Of a stretch of DNA of 64,000 nucleotides, positions 27,438-38,041 are shown one piece after another. Below the pieces are notes generated by a model, which saw only the letters and a list, made by a program, of their open reading frames with translations, was not told the origin of the DNA and did not search any database. The translations under genes were made by a program, and so were the position numbers. Source of the stretch: Syntrophorhabdaceae bacterium (GTDB lineage: Bacteria > Desulfobacterota > Syntrophorhabdia > Syntrophorhabdales > Syntrophorhabdaceae); assembly GCA_963665295.1 (NCBI GenBank), contig OY762209.1:3424001-3488000 (forward strand), in the 5' to 3' direction. Position 1 is the stretch's first letter, and each line of letters opens with the position of its first letter.

Positions 27438-29207
27438 ATGCCAAAGTTTGTCGAGCAGTGGGTTGAAGAACAGGCGAAGCTGACCAAGCCTGACAGAGTG
27501 TACTGGGTCCAGGGGACGGAACAGGAGATGCGCGATCTCATTAAGGTGGGTATCGAGAAAGAGACAACGGGCTCCCATCGTACCTTTCGCGAGTTGAACC
27601 ATGACATTTTTGCCAACTCCTATCTCCACCGGAGCCATCCCAGCGATGTGGCAAGGACTGAACAGCTTACCTTTGTCTGTACGCTGAACAAGGAAGACGC
27701 GGGTCCCAACAACAACTGGATGGAACCTGCGCAGGCAAAAGAGAAGGTTTCCGCCATTTTTGACGGATGCATGAAGGGCCGTACGCTTTATGTAATTCCC
27801 TACATGATGGGTCACCCGGATTCTCCTTACGCAAAACCATGCATACAGATTACCGATTCCATCTACGTGGTGGTAAGCATGTACATTATGACCCGCGTGG
27901 GCGGGGCGACGCTGAAAAGGATCGGCGACTCGGACAAGTTTGTGAAGGGTCTTCATTCCATCGCCGACCTGAATCCGGAAAGGCGGTACATCATGCATTT
28001 CCCCCAGGAAGACCTCGTGATGAGTGTGGGCTCGGGATACGGCGGAAATGCACTGCTCGGAAAGAAGTGCTTCTCCTTGCGAATTGCCTCCTACCAGGGC
28101 TACCAGGAAGGCTGGCTTGCCGAGCACATGATCGTAATGGGCGTGGAGGATAAAAAAACCGGGGAAAAGATGTATTTTCTCGGCTCCTTTCCGTCTGCCT
28201 GCGGGAAGACTAACCTTGCAATGATCGATCCCATTCTTGAAGGCTACAACGTGACTACTCTCGGAGATGACATTGCCTGGATCAACGTGGGACCCGACGG
28301 AAGACTCTATGCAATAAACCCGGAGGCAGGCTTCTTCGGCGTGGCCCCCGGGACATCCGACAAGACGAACCCCCAGATGATGAAGACCCTGCGGGCGGGC
28401 AAAGTCTACCCCACCCTCTTTACAAACACGGGAGTGGACACGGATACAAATGGCCCGTGGTGGGAAGGTCTCACTGATGTGGCTCCGGCCCGGCTTCTCG
28501 ATTGGCAGGGTAACACATGGGATCCCGCGTCCGGTAAGCCTGTCGCCCATCCTAACTCGCGTTTTACCGTGGCAGCCCACAACTGCCCGACCCTCTCTCC
28601 TGAGTTCGACAACCCCAAGGGCGTGCCCATCTCTGCAATCCTCTTCGGTGGAAGGAGGTCGGATACCGCTCCCCTCGTCTGCGAGAGTTTTAGCTGGAAC
28701 CACGGGGTTTTTAAGGCATCATCCCTGGGTTCGGAGACCACAACGGCGGCATCCGGAAAGGTTGGCGTGGTGAGACGTGATCCCATGGCCATGAGGCCCT
28801 TCTGTGGATACAACATGGCCGACTATTTCCGTCACTGGATGAACGTGGGCAGCCGGCTTGCGAATCCTCCCAAGATATTTTTCGTGAACTGGTTCAAGAA
28901 GGACGCCCAGGGCAAGTTTATCTGGCCGGGCTTCAGGGATAATTTCCGGATTATCAAATGGATGATGGATAGGGCCAACGGAACTGTATCGGCCGTAGAG
29001 AGTCCCATCGGACTCATGCCTCATCGCGCGGACCTTGATCTTACCGGTCTCGACATCCCGAATGAGACCTTTGACACTCTCTTTGAGTTCAAGAAAGAGG
29101 ATTGGAAAAAGGAAGTTCAGGGGATCGAGGAGTTCTATAGCGAGTTCGGGGGGAGGATCCCGAAGGAATTGACGGATTACCTTGCGGAACTGAAGAAAAG
29201 CCTGTAA
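27438..29207 (+). CDS. pckG: Phosphoenolpyruvate carboxykinase (GTP)
   Basis: GSGYGGNALLGKKCFSLR, FPSACGKTNLAM, GDDIAW, NPEAGFFGVAPG, RRDPMAMRPFCGYN. Confidence 0.97.
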   Translation: MPKFVEQWVEEQAKLTKPDRVYWVQGTEQEMRDLIKVGIEKETTGSHRTFRELNHDIFANSYLHRSHPSDVARTEQLTFVCTLNKEDAGPNNNWMEPAQAKEKVSAIFDGCMKGRTLYVIPYMMGHPDSPYAKPCIQITDSIYVVVSMYIMTRVGGATLKRIGDSDKFVKGLHSIADLNPERRYIMHFPQEDLVMSVGSGYGGNALLGKKCFSLRIASYQGYQEGWLAEHMIVMGVEDKKTGEKMYFLGSFPSACGKTNLAMIDPILEGYNVTTLGDDIAWINVGPDGRLYAINPEAGFFGVAPGTSDKTNPQMMKTLRAGKVYPTLFTNTGVDTDTNGPWWEGLTDVAPARLLDWQGNTWDPASGKPVAHPNSRFTVAAHNCPTLSPEFDNPKGVPISAILFGGRRSDTAPLVCESFSWNHGVFKASSLGSETTTAASGKVGVVRRDPMAMRPFCGYNMADYFRHWMNVGSRLANPPKIFFVNWFKKDAQGKFIWPGFRDNFRIIKWMMDRANGTVSAVESPIGLMPHRADLDLTGLDIPNETFDTLFEFKKEDWKKEVQGIEEFYSEFGGRIPKELTDYLAELKKSL

Positions 29208-29278
29208 CGGGCCTCCAGCGCGGAGGGGGCGCGGCGCGACTGTGCGCTTCCGCTCTCTGAATATCACTTATGCATCTT

Positions 29279-29323
29279 ACCCCCGGGTTTCGCTCCGAAA
29301 GCGTCCCCCGGGGGTTTTCTTTT
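29279..29323 (+). terminator. Rho-independent terminator after pckG
   Basis: Stem ACCCCCGGG...CCCGGGGGT followed by TTTCTTTT. Confidence 0.65.
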
Positions 29324-29694
29324 CATTCCCTTTTGCATTGGCCCAGAGAGCCGTGGGCACAGAGTTGCCCGTCGGTCCAGATGGCGTTGGTAAGCTGCGC
29401 CCCGGTCAATTTCGCCCCGGCAAGGTTCGCCCCCGTAAGGTCCGCAAAATAGAGCATTGCCCCCGTAAGGTCCGCGCCCTTCAGATTCGCGCCGGCGAGA
29501 TTGGCTTCCATCAACTTTGCACCCTTAAGATTGACCCCCGCCAGGTTCGCGTTGGTGAGGTCACACGCCGGACACTCTTTTGTTGTCGTGACTCTCTCCA
29601 CCTGGGCCGGGTCAAAAGCGTAGGATGTACTCCAGATCGCGGCGAGAACCGCGACCGCCTGAAGCGAGATAAGACCTGACTTGAGTATTCTCAT
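29323..29694 (-). CDS. Secreted pentapeptide-repeat protein
   Basis: Signal peptide (..SYA/FD), A(D/N)Lxx repeats, CPAC and two C-terminal Cys. AAGGAG RBS. Confidence 0.92.
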   Translation of the reverse strand: MRILKSGLISLQAVAVLAAIWSTSYAFDPAQVERVTTTKECPACDLTNANLAGVNLKGAKLMEANLAGANLKGADLTGAMLYFADLTGANLAGAKLTGAQLTNAIWTDGQLCAHGSLGQCKRE

Positions 29695-29902
29695 GGGGAC
29701 TCCTTTCTTTATGTCCTGCCTGGAAACCCGGGAAGGGGCTTGCGCGGACTTTTACACCATATGTTTGATCGCCCGGATTGTCAATGGCAGTGTATGGCAG
29801 GTAAACAGTTGGCGGCATTGACACGGGGGGTGTTTCCTCTTATACTCTCGATTTAACAAGGGTTGCGTTCTCCTGAAGGAGAGGCTGGTCACGGGGTGGT
29901 TA

Positions 29903-30274
29903 TTGATTTTGATGAAAACTCGCAGTTTTGCGTATCGGTGCCTTAACCTTTTGAGCGCCGTAATTTTGGTGGTCGGTTTGGGCGGCGCGGTCCTGATCTA
30001 CCAGTCGGCAGTCAACGAAGAAGAACTCGTTTCGAATTACGAAGGAGGAGAGGGGCCCTTCTACCCGGTCCCACCTGAATACTCGAAGAAGTATCAACGG
30101 GACCTGGAGCTGTACGGGGGAAAAGGGAACGTCCTTGCCACCCAGTTCCGGCGCTGGTTTGTGGGGCTGTGGCATGGAAGAACACTCGCATACATATTGG
30201 CCTCATGGACAGTACTCGTATCCTTCGGCGTGCTCTATGCAGCGGGCAGGACCATAAAAAGGGACTCATCGTGA
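29903..30274 (+). CDS. Small hypothetical membrane protein (2 TM)
   Basis: Two hydrophobic helices flank SKKYQRDLELYGGK. Promoter TTGACA-N17-TATACT at 29818-29846. The start could be 29912. Confidence 0.7.
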   Translation: MILMKTRSFAYRCLNLLSAVILVVGLGGAVLIYQSAVNEEELVSNYEGGEGPFYPVPPEYSKKYQRDLELYGGKGNVLATQFRRWFVGLWHGRTLAYILASWTVLVSFGVLYAAGRTIKRDSS

Positions 30275-30393
30275 GAAGGATGGGGAAGCGGGAATGGGAT
30301 GCTTGCGGCGGGACTAAGGGGCAAGTTATCCCGCAGGGCCGTTTCGGGTGGTAGCGTCTTGCGCGGGGGAAGAGGTGATGTACGGGAAGCCCG

Positions 30394-30627
30394 TCATTCG
30401 GACAGTCTGGTCGCCCCCGTCTGAACAACCATGTCTCTCACGTATCCGGGGCTGTTTTTGCCCATCTGTGAAAAATTCTTACAGTGTTTACAAACGGTCT
30501 CAATCCGTGCGCGGGCTTTTTCCATCAGAATGCCATATCTTTCCGCCACATGAATCAAAGACGCGACTTCGCCATTGCACTTATGGGTGAAAACATTTTC
30601 ACATGTGGTAAAGGCACACACGTTCAT
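30394..30627 (-). CDS. Small Cys-containing hypothetical protein (77 aa)
   Basis: AAGGAGG lies 5 nt before ATG 30627, and a consensus promoter lies upstream. C-x4-C-x7-C and CKHC motifs. Confidence 0.6.
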   Translation of the reverse strand: MNVCAFTTCENVFTHKCNGEVASLIHVAERYGILMEKARARIETVCKHCKNFSQMGKNSPGYVRDMVVQTGATRLSE

Positions 30628-30763
30628 AGCTTCCTCCTTTCTCATAATTAAGAGTCAGGACCCAACTATCCGAGGAGCTCTATCAACAGTGGCAAATAAG
30701 ACGTCATAGCATGAAAGTCGCAAATTTAACATCAGGCTGAATTCCAAAACACCCTTCATTACA

Positions 30764-30791
30764 ATTATAGAGCGACTTCTCAAAATGTCAA
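30764..30791 (-). promoter_or_regulatory. Consensus sigma70 promoter
   Basis: Minus strand TTGACA-N16-TATAAT. Confidence 0.75.
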
Positions 30792-30955
30792 CCCTGGAGG
30801 GAGAAAAATTTCACTATAGCAGGGAAGGCTGTGACGGGGGCAGGGAAATTCAGGACTTGCGACCTCCGGGGGTCCGGTAAGGGGAGTGTTTGGCCGCAGG
30901 CGGAATGCGGCATTCCCGGGGGCTGTAGGTGAATCCGCCGGCCTTTGGCGGGAAA

Positions 30956-30972
30956 GGGGCCGTGACGGCCCC
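30956..30972 (-). terminator. Hairpin directly after the carB stop
   Basis: GGGGCCG-TGA-CGGCCCC as read on the plus strand; TTT follows on the minus strand. Confidence 0.5.
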
Positions 30973-30980
30973 ATCGATCC

Positions 30981-33900
30981 TTACAGGAAATAATCCTGAA
31001 GGGCTTTGACTTGAAGCTTTTCCTTCCGCATGCTCTCGATGGCATTAACCACTGCCTGGGCCCCGGAGAGGGTGGTAGTGTAAGGTATCTTGTATTGTAC
31101 CGCTCCGGACCTGATGAGCACTTCATCCTGTTTCGGGTTCCGTCCACTAGGTGTGTTGATGATGAAATGAATCTCGCCGTTCTTAATCATGTCCACAATG
31201 TGTGGCCGCCCTTCGGAGACCTTATGGACGAATTTCACTTCGATTCCGTTGTTGGCAAGCACTTTCCCCGTGCCCCTGGTCGCGCATATCCTGAAGCCGA
31301 GATCGGACAGCTTCTTGGTGATGAAGATGACATTTCTCTTGTCCTTGTTCTTTACGCTCACAAAGACGTTTCCTTCCGACGGAAGGACCTGACCGGCGCC
31401 GAGCTGAGCTTTCCAGAAGGCAGCGCCGAAATTGACGTCAATGCCCATGACTTCTCCCGTAGATTTCATCTCAGGACCGAGTATGGTATCGACGCCGGCG
31501 AATTTGTTGAAGGGAAATACGGACTCCTTTACGGCTACGTGCTTGATCTCAACCTCTTTTACGATGCCGAGGTCTTTGAGCTTCAACCCTACCATCAACT
31601 TCGCTGCTACCTTCGCCCATTGTATGCCCGTGGCCTTGCTGACAAAAGGTATGGTTCTACTCGCCCTGGGGTTTACTTCGAGCACATAGATAACGTCATT
31701 TTTTACCGCATACTGGATATTCATGAGGCCAATGACGTTGAGGTCTTTCGCAAGTCTGTAGGTGTCTTTCTTGATCTGCTCTATGACTGCGTCATCGAGG
31801 GAGTAAGGGGGCAGGGCGCAGGCGCTGTCTCCGGAATGAATTCCCGCTTCCTCGATGTGCTCCATGATCCCCGCGACCACGCAGGTTTCGCCGTCGCATA
31901 CCGCGTCCACGTCTATTTCAAGGGCGTCTTCGAGGAATTTGTCGATGAGGATGGGTCGCTCGGGCGACGCCTCGGCCGCCTTCACCATGAAGGATTTGAG
32001 GTCCTCCTCGCAATAAACTATCTCCATGGCTCTTCCGCCAAGTACATAGGACGGACGGACCACTACGGGGTAACCGATGATGTTGGCCGCGTCCCTTGCT
32101 TCTTCGAAGGATACGGCTATGCCGTTTTCAGGCTGGGTGAGATTCAGTTTCTTGAGGAGTGTCTTAAACTTATCCCTGTCTTCGGCGATGTCTATGCTCT
32201 CTGGAGTGGTGCCGATAATGGGAGCCCCGGCTTTCTTCAGGGAGACCGCGAGGTTGAGGGGGGTCTGACCTCCGAATTGGACAATGACGCCTATGGGCTT
32301 TTCCCTTTCAATGATATCGAGAACGTTTTCCAGGGTGAGGGGCTCGAAGTAAAGTTTATCTGAGGTGTCGTAGTCCGTGCTGACCGTCTCGGGGTTGCTG
32401 TTTACCATTATGGTTTCATAGCCGAGGTCTTTCAAAGCAAAGGCGGCGTGAACACAGCAATAGTCAAATTCTATCCCTTGTCCGATCCTGTTCGGGCCTC
32501 CTCCCAGTATCATGACTTTCGGCCTGTCCGATTCCCGGGATTCATCCTCTGTTTCGTAGGTTGAATAGTAATACGGTGTATATGCCTCGAATTCCGCGGC
32601 GCACGTGTCAACGAGCTTGAAGACGCTCCGTATGCCTTTGCCCAACCTCCAGGACCTTATCTCGTCTTCCGAATGGCCCGTGATGCTTCCCAACTGTTTG
32701 TCCGAAAAGCCGTACTTCTTGGCCTTGAGCATGACTTCTTCCGGGAGACCCTGGACAGTGTCGGAGAATATGGGCAGTTCCTTCTTGTAGAGTTCGAGCT
32801 CCCTTTCGAACTCGACGATGTCCTCGATGTTCTTCAGGAACCACCTGTCTATGCCGGATATGGCATATATCTCGTCGATATCGAAGCCCGCCCTCAACGC
32901 GTGGCGTATGTAGAAAACCCTGTCCTTATTGGGTCTTATCAGTTTCTGTTTGATCCACTCGTGATCATTGATTCCGGGCAGCCGTTCATCATTGATGCCG
33001 TATACCCCCGTTTCAAGAGACCTGAAGCCCTTTTGCAGCGCCTCCTTGAAGGTTCTTCCGATTGCCATGGCTTCGCCCACCGATTTCATGGAAACCGTGA
33101 GGGTCTCATCGGCGCCTCTGAATTTTTCAAAGGTGAATCGAGGTATCTTCACCACGCAGTAATCAATAGTCGGCTCAAAGCAAGCCGGAGTCATTTTTGT
33201 GATGTCATTCGGTATCTCGTCGAGAGTGTAGCCTATGGCGAGCTTGGCGGCTATCTTGGCGATGGGAAACCCCGTTGCCTTTGACGCGAGGGCGGAGCTT
33301 CTCGATACCCTCGGGTTCATCTCTATGACGACCATCCTTCCCGTATCCGGGTTGACGGCAAACTGTATATTGGACCCGCCTGTCTCAACGCCTATTTCCC
33401 TGATGATGCGGACGGACGCATCCCGCATGTTCTGATATTCCTTGTCGGTCAGGGTCTGGGCCGGAGCCACGGTGATGCTGTCTCCCGTATGAACGCCCAT
33501 GGGGTCAAAGTTCTCGATGGAACATATGATTACCACGTTGTCGTTCTTGTCCCGCATGACTTCGAGTTCGTACTCCTTCCATCCTATAACCGACTCTTCT
33601 ATAAGTATTTCGCTGATCATGCTGCTTTCGAGCCCTCGCTGGGCAAGGGATTCGAATTCTTCTATATTGTAGGCGACAGAGGCTCCCGTCCCGCCAAGAG
33701 TGTAACTCGGTCTTATAATCAGAGGAAAACTGATCTCTTTTGCCACCTTCTTCGCGTCCTTCATGTTGTGGGCAAGTCCGCTTTTCGGCACCTCAAGGTT
33801 GATCCTCTCCATGGCAGCCTTGAACTCTTCCCGGTCCTCCGCTTTTTTGATGGCCGCGTAGTCCGCCCCTATGAGTTCCACGTTGTAGCGACCGAGGATG

Positions 33901-34217
33901 CCCCGCTCGGAGAGAACGGTGGCGAGGTTGAGACCTGTCTGGCCTCCTATGGTGGGCAGAAGCGTGTCCGGTCTCTCCTTTCTTATTATTTCTTCCAATA
34001 TTTCCGGGATGAGAGGCTCCACGTATATCCTGTCGGCCATATCGGGGTCCGTCATGATCGTCGCAGGGTTGCTGTTCACGAGGATTACCCTGTAGCCTTC
34101 TTCTCTCAGGGCCTTGCATGCCTGACTCCCCGAATAGTCGAATTCACATGCCTGACCGATTACAATCGGTCCGGAACCTATGATAAGGACGCTTTTTATA
34201 TCTGTTCTTTTAGGCAT
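30981..34217 (-). CDS. carB: Carbamoyl-phosphate synthase large subunit
   Basis: [63 protein letters not shown]; 1078 aa. Confidence 0.99.
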   Translation of the reverse strand: MPKRTDIKSVLIIGSGPIVIGQACEFDYSGSQACKALREEGYRVILVNSNPATIMTDPDMADRIYVEPLIPEILEEIIRKERPDTLLPTIGGQTGLNLATVLSERGILGRYNVELIGADYAAIKKAEDREEFKAAMERINLEVPKSGLAHNMKDAKKVAKEISFPLIIRPSYTLGGTGASVAYNIEEFESLAQRGLESSMISEILIEESVIGWKEYELEVMRDKNDNVVIICSIENFDPMGVHTGDSITVAPAQTLTDKEYQNMRDASVRIIREIGVETGGSNIQFAVNPDTGRMVVIEMNPRVSRSSALASKATGFPIAKIAAKLAIGYTLDEIPNDITKMTPACFEPTIDYCVVKIPRFTFEKFRGADETLTVSMKSVGEAMAIGRTFKEALQKGFRSLETGVYGINDERLPGINDHEWIKQKLIRPNKDRVFYIRHALRAGFDIDEIYAISGIDRWFLKNIEDIVEFERELELYKKELPIFSDTVQGLPEEVMLKAKKYGFSDKQLGSITGHSEDEIRSWRLGKGIRSVFKLVDTCAAEFEAYTPYYYSTYETEDESRESDRPKVMILGGGPNRIGQGIEFDYCCVHAAFALKDLGYETIMVNSNPETVSTDYDTSDKLYFEPLTLENVLDIIEREKPIGVIVQFGGQTPLNLAVSLKKAGAPIIGTTPESIDIAEDRDKFKTLLKKLNLTQPENGIAVSFEEARDAANIIGYPVVVRPSYVLGGRAMEIVYCEEDLKSFMVKAAEASPERPILIDKFLEDALEIDVDAVCDGETCVVAGIMEHIEEAGIHSGDSACALPPYSLDDAVIEQIKKDTYRLAKDLNVIGLMNIQYAVKNDVIYVLEVNPRASRTIPFVSKATGIQWAKVAAKLMVGLKLKDLGIVKEVEIKHVAVKESVFPFNKFAGVDTILGPEMKSTGEVMGIDVNFGAAFWKAQLGAGQVLPSEGNVFVSVKNKDKRNVIFITKKLSDLGFRICATRGTGKVLANNGIEVKFVHKVSEGRPHIVDMIKNGEIHFIINTPSGRNPKQDEVLIRSGAVQYKIPYTTTLSGAQAVVNAIESMRKEKLQVKALQDYFL

Positions 34218-35307
34218 ACTTCTCCTTCTTGAATGATTCCATCATGTCTCTGAATTTTCTGAATAGTCCGTAGGAGTCGTGGGGACCGGGAGAGGCTTCC
34301 GGATGGAACTGGACCGAGAAAGCGGGATAGACTTCATGTTCCATGCCTTCCACCGTGTTGTCGTTCAGGTTCACATGGGTAACTTTGACCGGCTCCGCCT
34401 TAATCGAATTCATGTCAACTGCAAACCCGTGGTTTTCCGATGTAATATGGACGCGGCCGGTCCGAAGGTTCTTAATGGGCTGATTTGCTCCCCTGTGGCC
34501 GAATTTCAGTTTGTACGTATTGCCGCCGTATGCGAGGCCGAGAAGCTGCTGTCCCAGACAGATACCGAAGATGGGCAGTTTCCCGAGAAGCTTCCTGATT
34601 TCCTGGATGGCATAAGTAACCGCCTCGGGGTCTCCCGGGCCGTTGGAGAGGAGCACACCGTCAGGCGCCATGGCCAGAACATCTTCGGCCTTCATGTCGG
34701 CGGGAACTACGGTTACATGGCATCCTTCCTTCTTGAGCATCCTCGGGATATTGACCTTTACGCCATAATCCATGACTACGCATCTGAAGTCGCCGCTGTC
34801 TTCGCCGAACACATAAGGCGCTTTGCATGTAACCTCGCGCACGAGGTCCCTGCCTACGATGCCTTTTGAGTTACGCGCCTTCTCCACAAGGCTTTCACGG
34901 TTAAGATCTGTGGTGGAGATAATGCCCTTCATTGCACCTCGAACTCTCAGGTGCTTGGTGAGGGCCCTCGTATCCACTTCTTCGATAGCAACTATGCCAT
35001 ATTTTTTGAAGTAATTGGAAAGGTCGCCGGTGGACCTGTAGTTGCTGGTAATCCTGCTGAATTCCCTGACGATGAAACCTTCGACTTTAGGGGCATCCGA
35101 TTCCACGTCTTCGTCATTTATCCCGTAATTACCGATGAGAGGGTAGGTCATGGTCACGATCTGTCCTTTGTAGGAGGGGTCGGTCATGATTTCCTGATAG
35201 CCCGTCATGCTCGTATTAAATACGATTTCTCCTTCCTTTTCGCCTTCCGCTCCATAGGCCTTGCCTTCGAACACGGTCCCATCTTCAAGTGCGATGAGCG
35301 CCTTCAT
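34210..35307 (-). CDS. carA: Carbamoyl-phosphate synthase small subunit
   Basis: [35 protein letters not shown] 35307 overlaps the upstream stop. Confidence 0.98.
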   Translation of the reverse strand: MKALIALEDGTVFEGKAYGAEGEKEGEIVFNTSMTGYQEIMTDPSYKGQIVTMTYPLIGNYGINDEDVESDAPKVEGFIVREFSRITSNYRSTGDLSNYFKKYGIVAIEEVDTRALTKHLRVRGAMKGIISTTDLNRESLVEKARNSKGIVGRDLVREVTCKAPYVFGEDSGDFRCVVMDYGVKVNIPRMLKKEGCHVTVVPADMKAEDVLAMAPDGVLLSNGPGDPEAVTYAIQEIRKLLGKLPIFGICLGQQLLGLAYGGNTYKLKFGHRGANQPIKNLRTGRVHITSENHGFAVDMNSIKAEPVKVTHVNLNDNTVEGMEHEVYPAFSVQFHPEASPGPHDSYGLFRKFRDMMESFKKEKYA

Positions 35308-35975
35308 CTTACCCCCTTGCAGGCCTCTACACATATCCCGCAGATATGATGGCCGATATTTCGTTTGTTTTTTAATTGGGTGATCATATTGTAACACTCC
35401 AGGTGGTTAAACTTTGAGGCGTCATCCTTGATCGCCTGTGCCGGGCAGACTGTGGCGCATGCTTCGCACATGCCGCAATCCATATTAAGTGGTTTTCCCG
35501 CCTCAAGAGGCATATCGGTCAAAACCGTATTGTATCGCACATGGGCTCCGAAGGACGGGTGGACCAGGAGGTTATTCCTTCCTATCCAGCCGATGCCGGC
35601 CAATTCCGCCACATGCTTATGGGAAATATGCGCCTTCTGATTTCGCCAGTCAACAACTTGAGAGGCCCCGAAGGGCAGGCTGTTGAAACCTCTCCTCTCA
35701 ATCTCTCTCGAGAGGAGATAGGCGATCGTGTCGAGGCGGTTATTCAGTTGTCTGTAATGATGAAGATAGAGTGGATTCGGGCCGTTCCTGACCGTATCGA
35801 GTACTCCTGTGGACAGTACAACGCCGAAGCAAATGGCAAAAGGAAAGCGAGTGCGCGTATCAGCGCTCAGATCCACCATTTCCCTTCCATAAGAGGAAAA
35901 GTCGGCTATTCCGTACACATCCACGTCAAATTGCGTGAGGTACGATATGATGTCGTTCTTTTTCTCTTCAGTCAT
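35304..35975 (-). CDS. QueG/reductive-dehalogenase-like 4Fe-4S protein (short form)
   Basis: SHKHVAELAGIGWIGRNNLL, VLTDMPL, CGMCEACATVCPAQAI, CGICVEAC. Confidence 0.8.
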   Translation of the reverse strand: MTEEKKNDIISYLTQFDVDVYGIADFSSYGREMVDLSADTRTRFPFAICFGVVLSTGVLDTVRNGPNPLYLHHYRQLNNRLDTIAYLLSREIERRGFNSLPFGASQVVDWRNQKAHISHKHVAELAGIGWIGRNNLLVHPSFGAHVRYNTVLTDMPLEAGKPLNMDCGMCEACATVCPAQAIKDDASKFNHLECYNMITQLKNKRNIGHHICGICVEACKGVR

Positions 35976-35977
35976 CT

Positions 35978-37840
35978 CTATAGTATGCCCTTCTTCTTGA
36001 AATGAATGAGCAGCGCCGTAATCGAAGCAGGGGTCACCCCAGGGATTCTTGACGCCTGGCCGAGGGAAAAAGGTCTGATCCGCGAAAACTTCTCCACCAT
36101 TTCCCTGGAAAGCCCCGAAACTTCTTCGTATTCTATACCGGAAGGAATCCGCTGGTCCGCAAGCTTCTTTGTCCTTCTCACCATGTCGAGCTGTCTGTCC
36201 GTATAGCCACGGTATTTTACATTCAACTCCACCTGATAAGCAATATGTTCTTCCACGTCATGCAGCCTTTTTTCGAACCCCTTTATGCCTTCCATGGTGC
36301 ACTCCGGCTTCCTGAGCAACTCTTCCAGCGTTGTAGGGTTTCTGATACCTTCCAGCCCGAACTCCCGGAGTCTCTCGTTGGTCTCCTTTGTAGGGGTAAG
36401 CTTCACGGATTTGAGGAGAGAATGGGTATTGTCTATGCCGAGTTTCTTTTTCGTGACCTTCACGTATCTTTCCCGGCCCACCAGGCCTATGCGGTACCCT
36501 TTCTCGGTGAGTCTCAGGTCCGCGTTGTCCTCCCTGAGAAGCAGCCTGTGCTCCGCCCTTGATGTGAACATCCTGTATGGCTCGTCCACCCCCTTGGTGA
36601 CGAGGTCGTCAATCAACACGCCTATGTATGCCTCGTCTCTACCGAGGATGAACTCGCCTTCGCCCCTGGCCTTGAGAGCGGCATTGACCCCTGCCATCAA
36701 GCCGAGGGCGGCGGCTTCCTCGTATCCGGTAGTACCGTTTATCTGGCCTGCAAGGAACAGATTCCCTACGACCTTTGTTTCCATGGTGGGGTAAAGCTGG
36801 GTAGGAGGGACGAAATCGTATTCGATGGCGTAGCCCGGTCTTGTTATCTCCACCTGTTCCAAACCGGTAATGGTCCTGAGCATGGCGATCTGGATGTCGA
36901 GGGGAAGGCTCGTGGAAAGGCCGTTAGGGTAATACTCGATAGTGTCGAGACCTTCGGGTTCGACAAAGATCCGGTGCCTGTCCCTGTCCTTGAACCGGAC
37001 GATCTTGTCTTCTATGGAAGGGCAGTACCGCACCCCCGTGCCCTTTATCTTGCCCGTATAAAGAGGGGATCTGTCGAGTCCGGACCTTATGGCCTCATGG
37101 GTGGATTCGTTTGTGTACCCTATATAGCAGGGCACGCGTCTGCCGGGGAGAGAGACGGTGAGAAAGGAGAAAGGCTTGGGAGGGTCGTCGCTGTGCTGCG
37201 GTTCGAGTCTTGAAAAATCTATGGTTCTTCCGTCAAGACGAGGACACGTTCCCGTCTTGAGCCGTCCCATCTCAAAACCGAGATCTCTGAGGCATTCGGA
37301 AAGCCCCACCGACGGAAAATCACCCATCCTTCCCGCCTCGAAGTGATTGAGTCCCACGTGGATAAGACCCTTCAGGAACGTACCCGTGGTGATGACCACC
37401 GTATTTCCATGGAATTGTTCTCCCCACTTTGTCTCGACCCCTGTGACCGCACCTCCGTCCACAAGAAGCCGTTCCACCACCCCTTGTCTGATGGAGAGGT
37501 TCGCCTGTTCTTCGAGCCGGTTCTTCATTCTTAGGGCATATCGCGCTTTGTCCGCCTGGATCCTTGTGGAACGGACGGCAGGGCCCTTTTTCATATTCAG
37601 TATTCTGAACTGTATGCCGGTAGCGTCAATATTCCTCGCCATCTCACCGTCCAGGGCATCGATCTCCTTTACGAGATGGCCTTTGCCGAGCCCCCCGATA
37701 GCCGGGTTGCAGGACATGAAGGCGATATGGTCCAGGTTCATGGTGAGAAGCAGCGTGCGTGCTCCCAACCGGGCCGCAGCCAGCGCGGCCTCGCAACCTG
37801 CGTGACCGGCTCCTATGACAATCACATTGTATGTATGCAT
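35978..37840 (-). CDS. mnmG: tRNA uridine-34 modification enzyme MnmG (GidA)
   Basis: GAGHAGCEAA, MSCNPAIGGLGKG, RLKTGT, RYCPSIEDK, AGQINGTTGYEEAA, EPYRMFTSRAE. Confidence 0.98.
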   Translation of the reverse strand: MHTYNVIVIGAGHAGCEAALAAARLGARTLLLTMNLDHIAFMSCNPAIGGLGKGHLVKEIDALDGEMARNIDATGIQFRILNMKKGPAVRSTRIQADKARYALRMKNRLEEQANLSIRQGVVERLLVDGGAVTGVETKWGEQFHGNTVVITTGTFLKGLIHVGLNHFEAGRMGDFPSVGLSECLRDLGFEMGRLKTGTCPRLDGRTIDFSRLEPQHSDDPPKPFSFLTVSLPGRRVPCYIGYTNESTHEAIRSGLDRSPLYTGKIKGTGVRYCPSIEDKIVRFKDRDRHRIFVEPEGLDTIEYYPNGLSTSLPLDIQIAMLRTITGLEQVEITRPGYAIEYDFVPPTQLYPTMETKVVGNLFLAGQINGTTGYEEAAALGLMAGVNAALKARGEGEFILGRDEAYIGVLIDDLVTKGVDEPYRMFTSRAEHRLLLREDNADLRLTEKGYRIGLVGRERYVKVTKKKLGIDNTHSLLKSVKLTPTKETNERLREFGLEGIRNPTTLEELLRKPECTMEGIKGFEKRLHDVEEHIAYQVELNVKYRGYTDRQLDMVRRTKKLADQRIPSGIEYEEVSGLSREMVEKFSRIRPFSLGQASRIPGVTPASITALLIHFKKKGIL

Positions 37841-38041
37841 ATTTTGCCCCGAATTTTCGTGAATATTCTAGCAGGAATTGGGTGTAATTACCATACTTTA
37901 TTGCAGGAGGGGCCGGGCCATCCCGGAGGCCCGGCCCCAAAGGCCGTCTACTCCACGAAAAGTATTTACAAGAGTACGAAAGGGAATTATAATCTATACG
38001 CCCTTATAAGAGAGTTGAAACGTAGTGTTCCGGCCAAATCC

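Noticed and set aside
27423..28703. 426-aa antisense ORF, and similar long ORFs at 31011-32363, 38201-39523, 47071-48372 and 62687-63781
   Set aside because: Each lies opposite a well-conserved gene and shows no motifs; typical codon-bias shadow frames.
35304..35975. Reductive dehalogenase
   Set aside because: Only 223 aa, no Tat signal, no rdhB anchor gene, housekeeping context.
37676..38041. N-terminal extension of the histidine kinase in the ORF track
   Set aside because: It overlaps mnmG on the opposite strand and the divergent promoter region; the protein plausibly starts at 38042.
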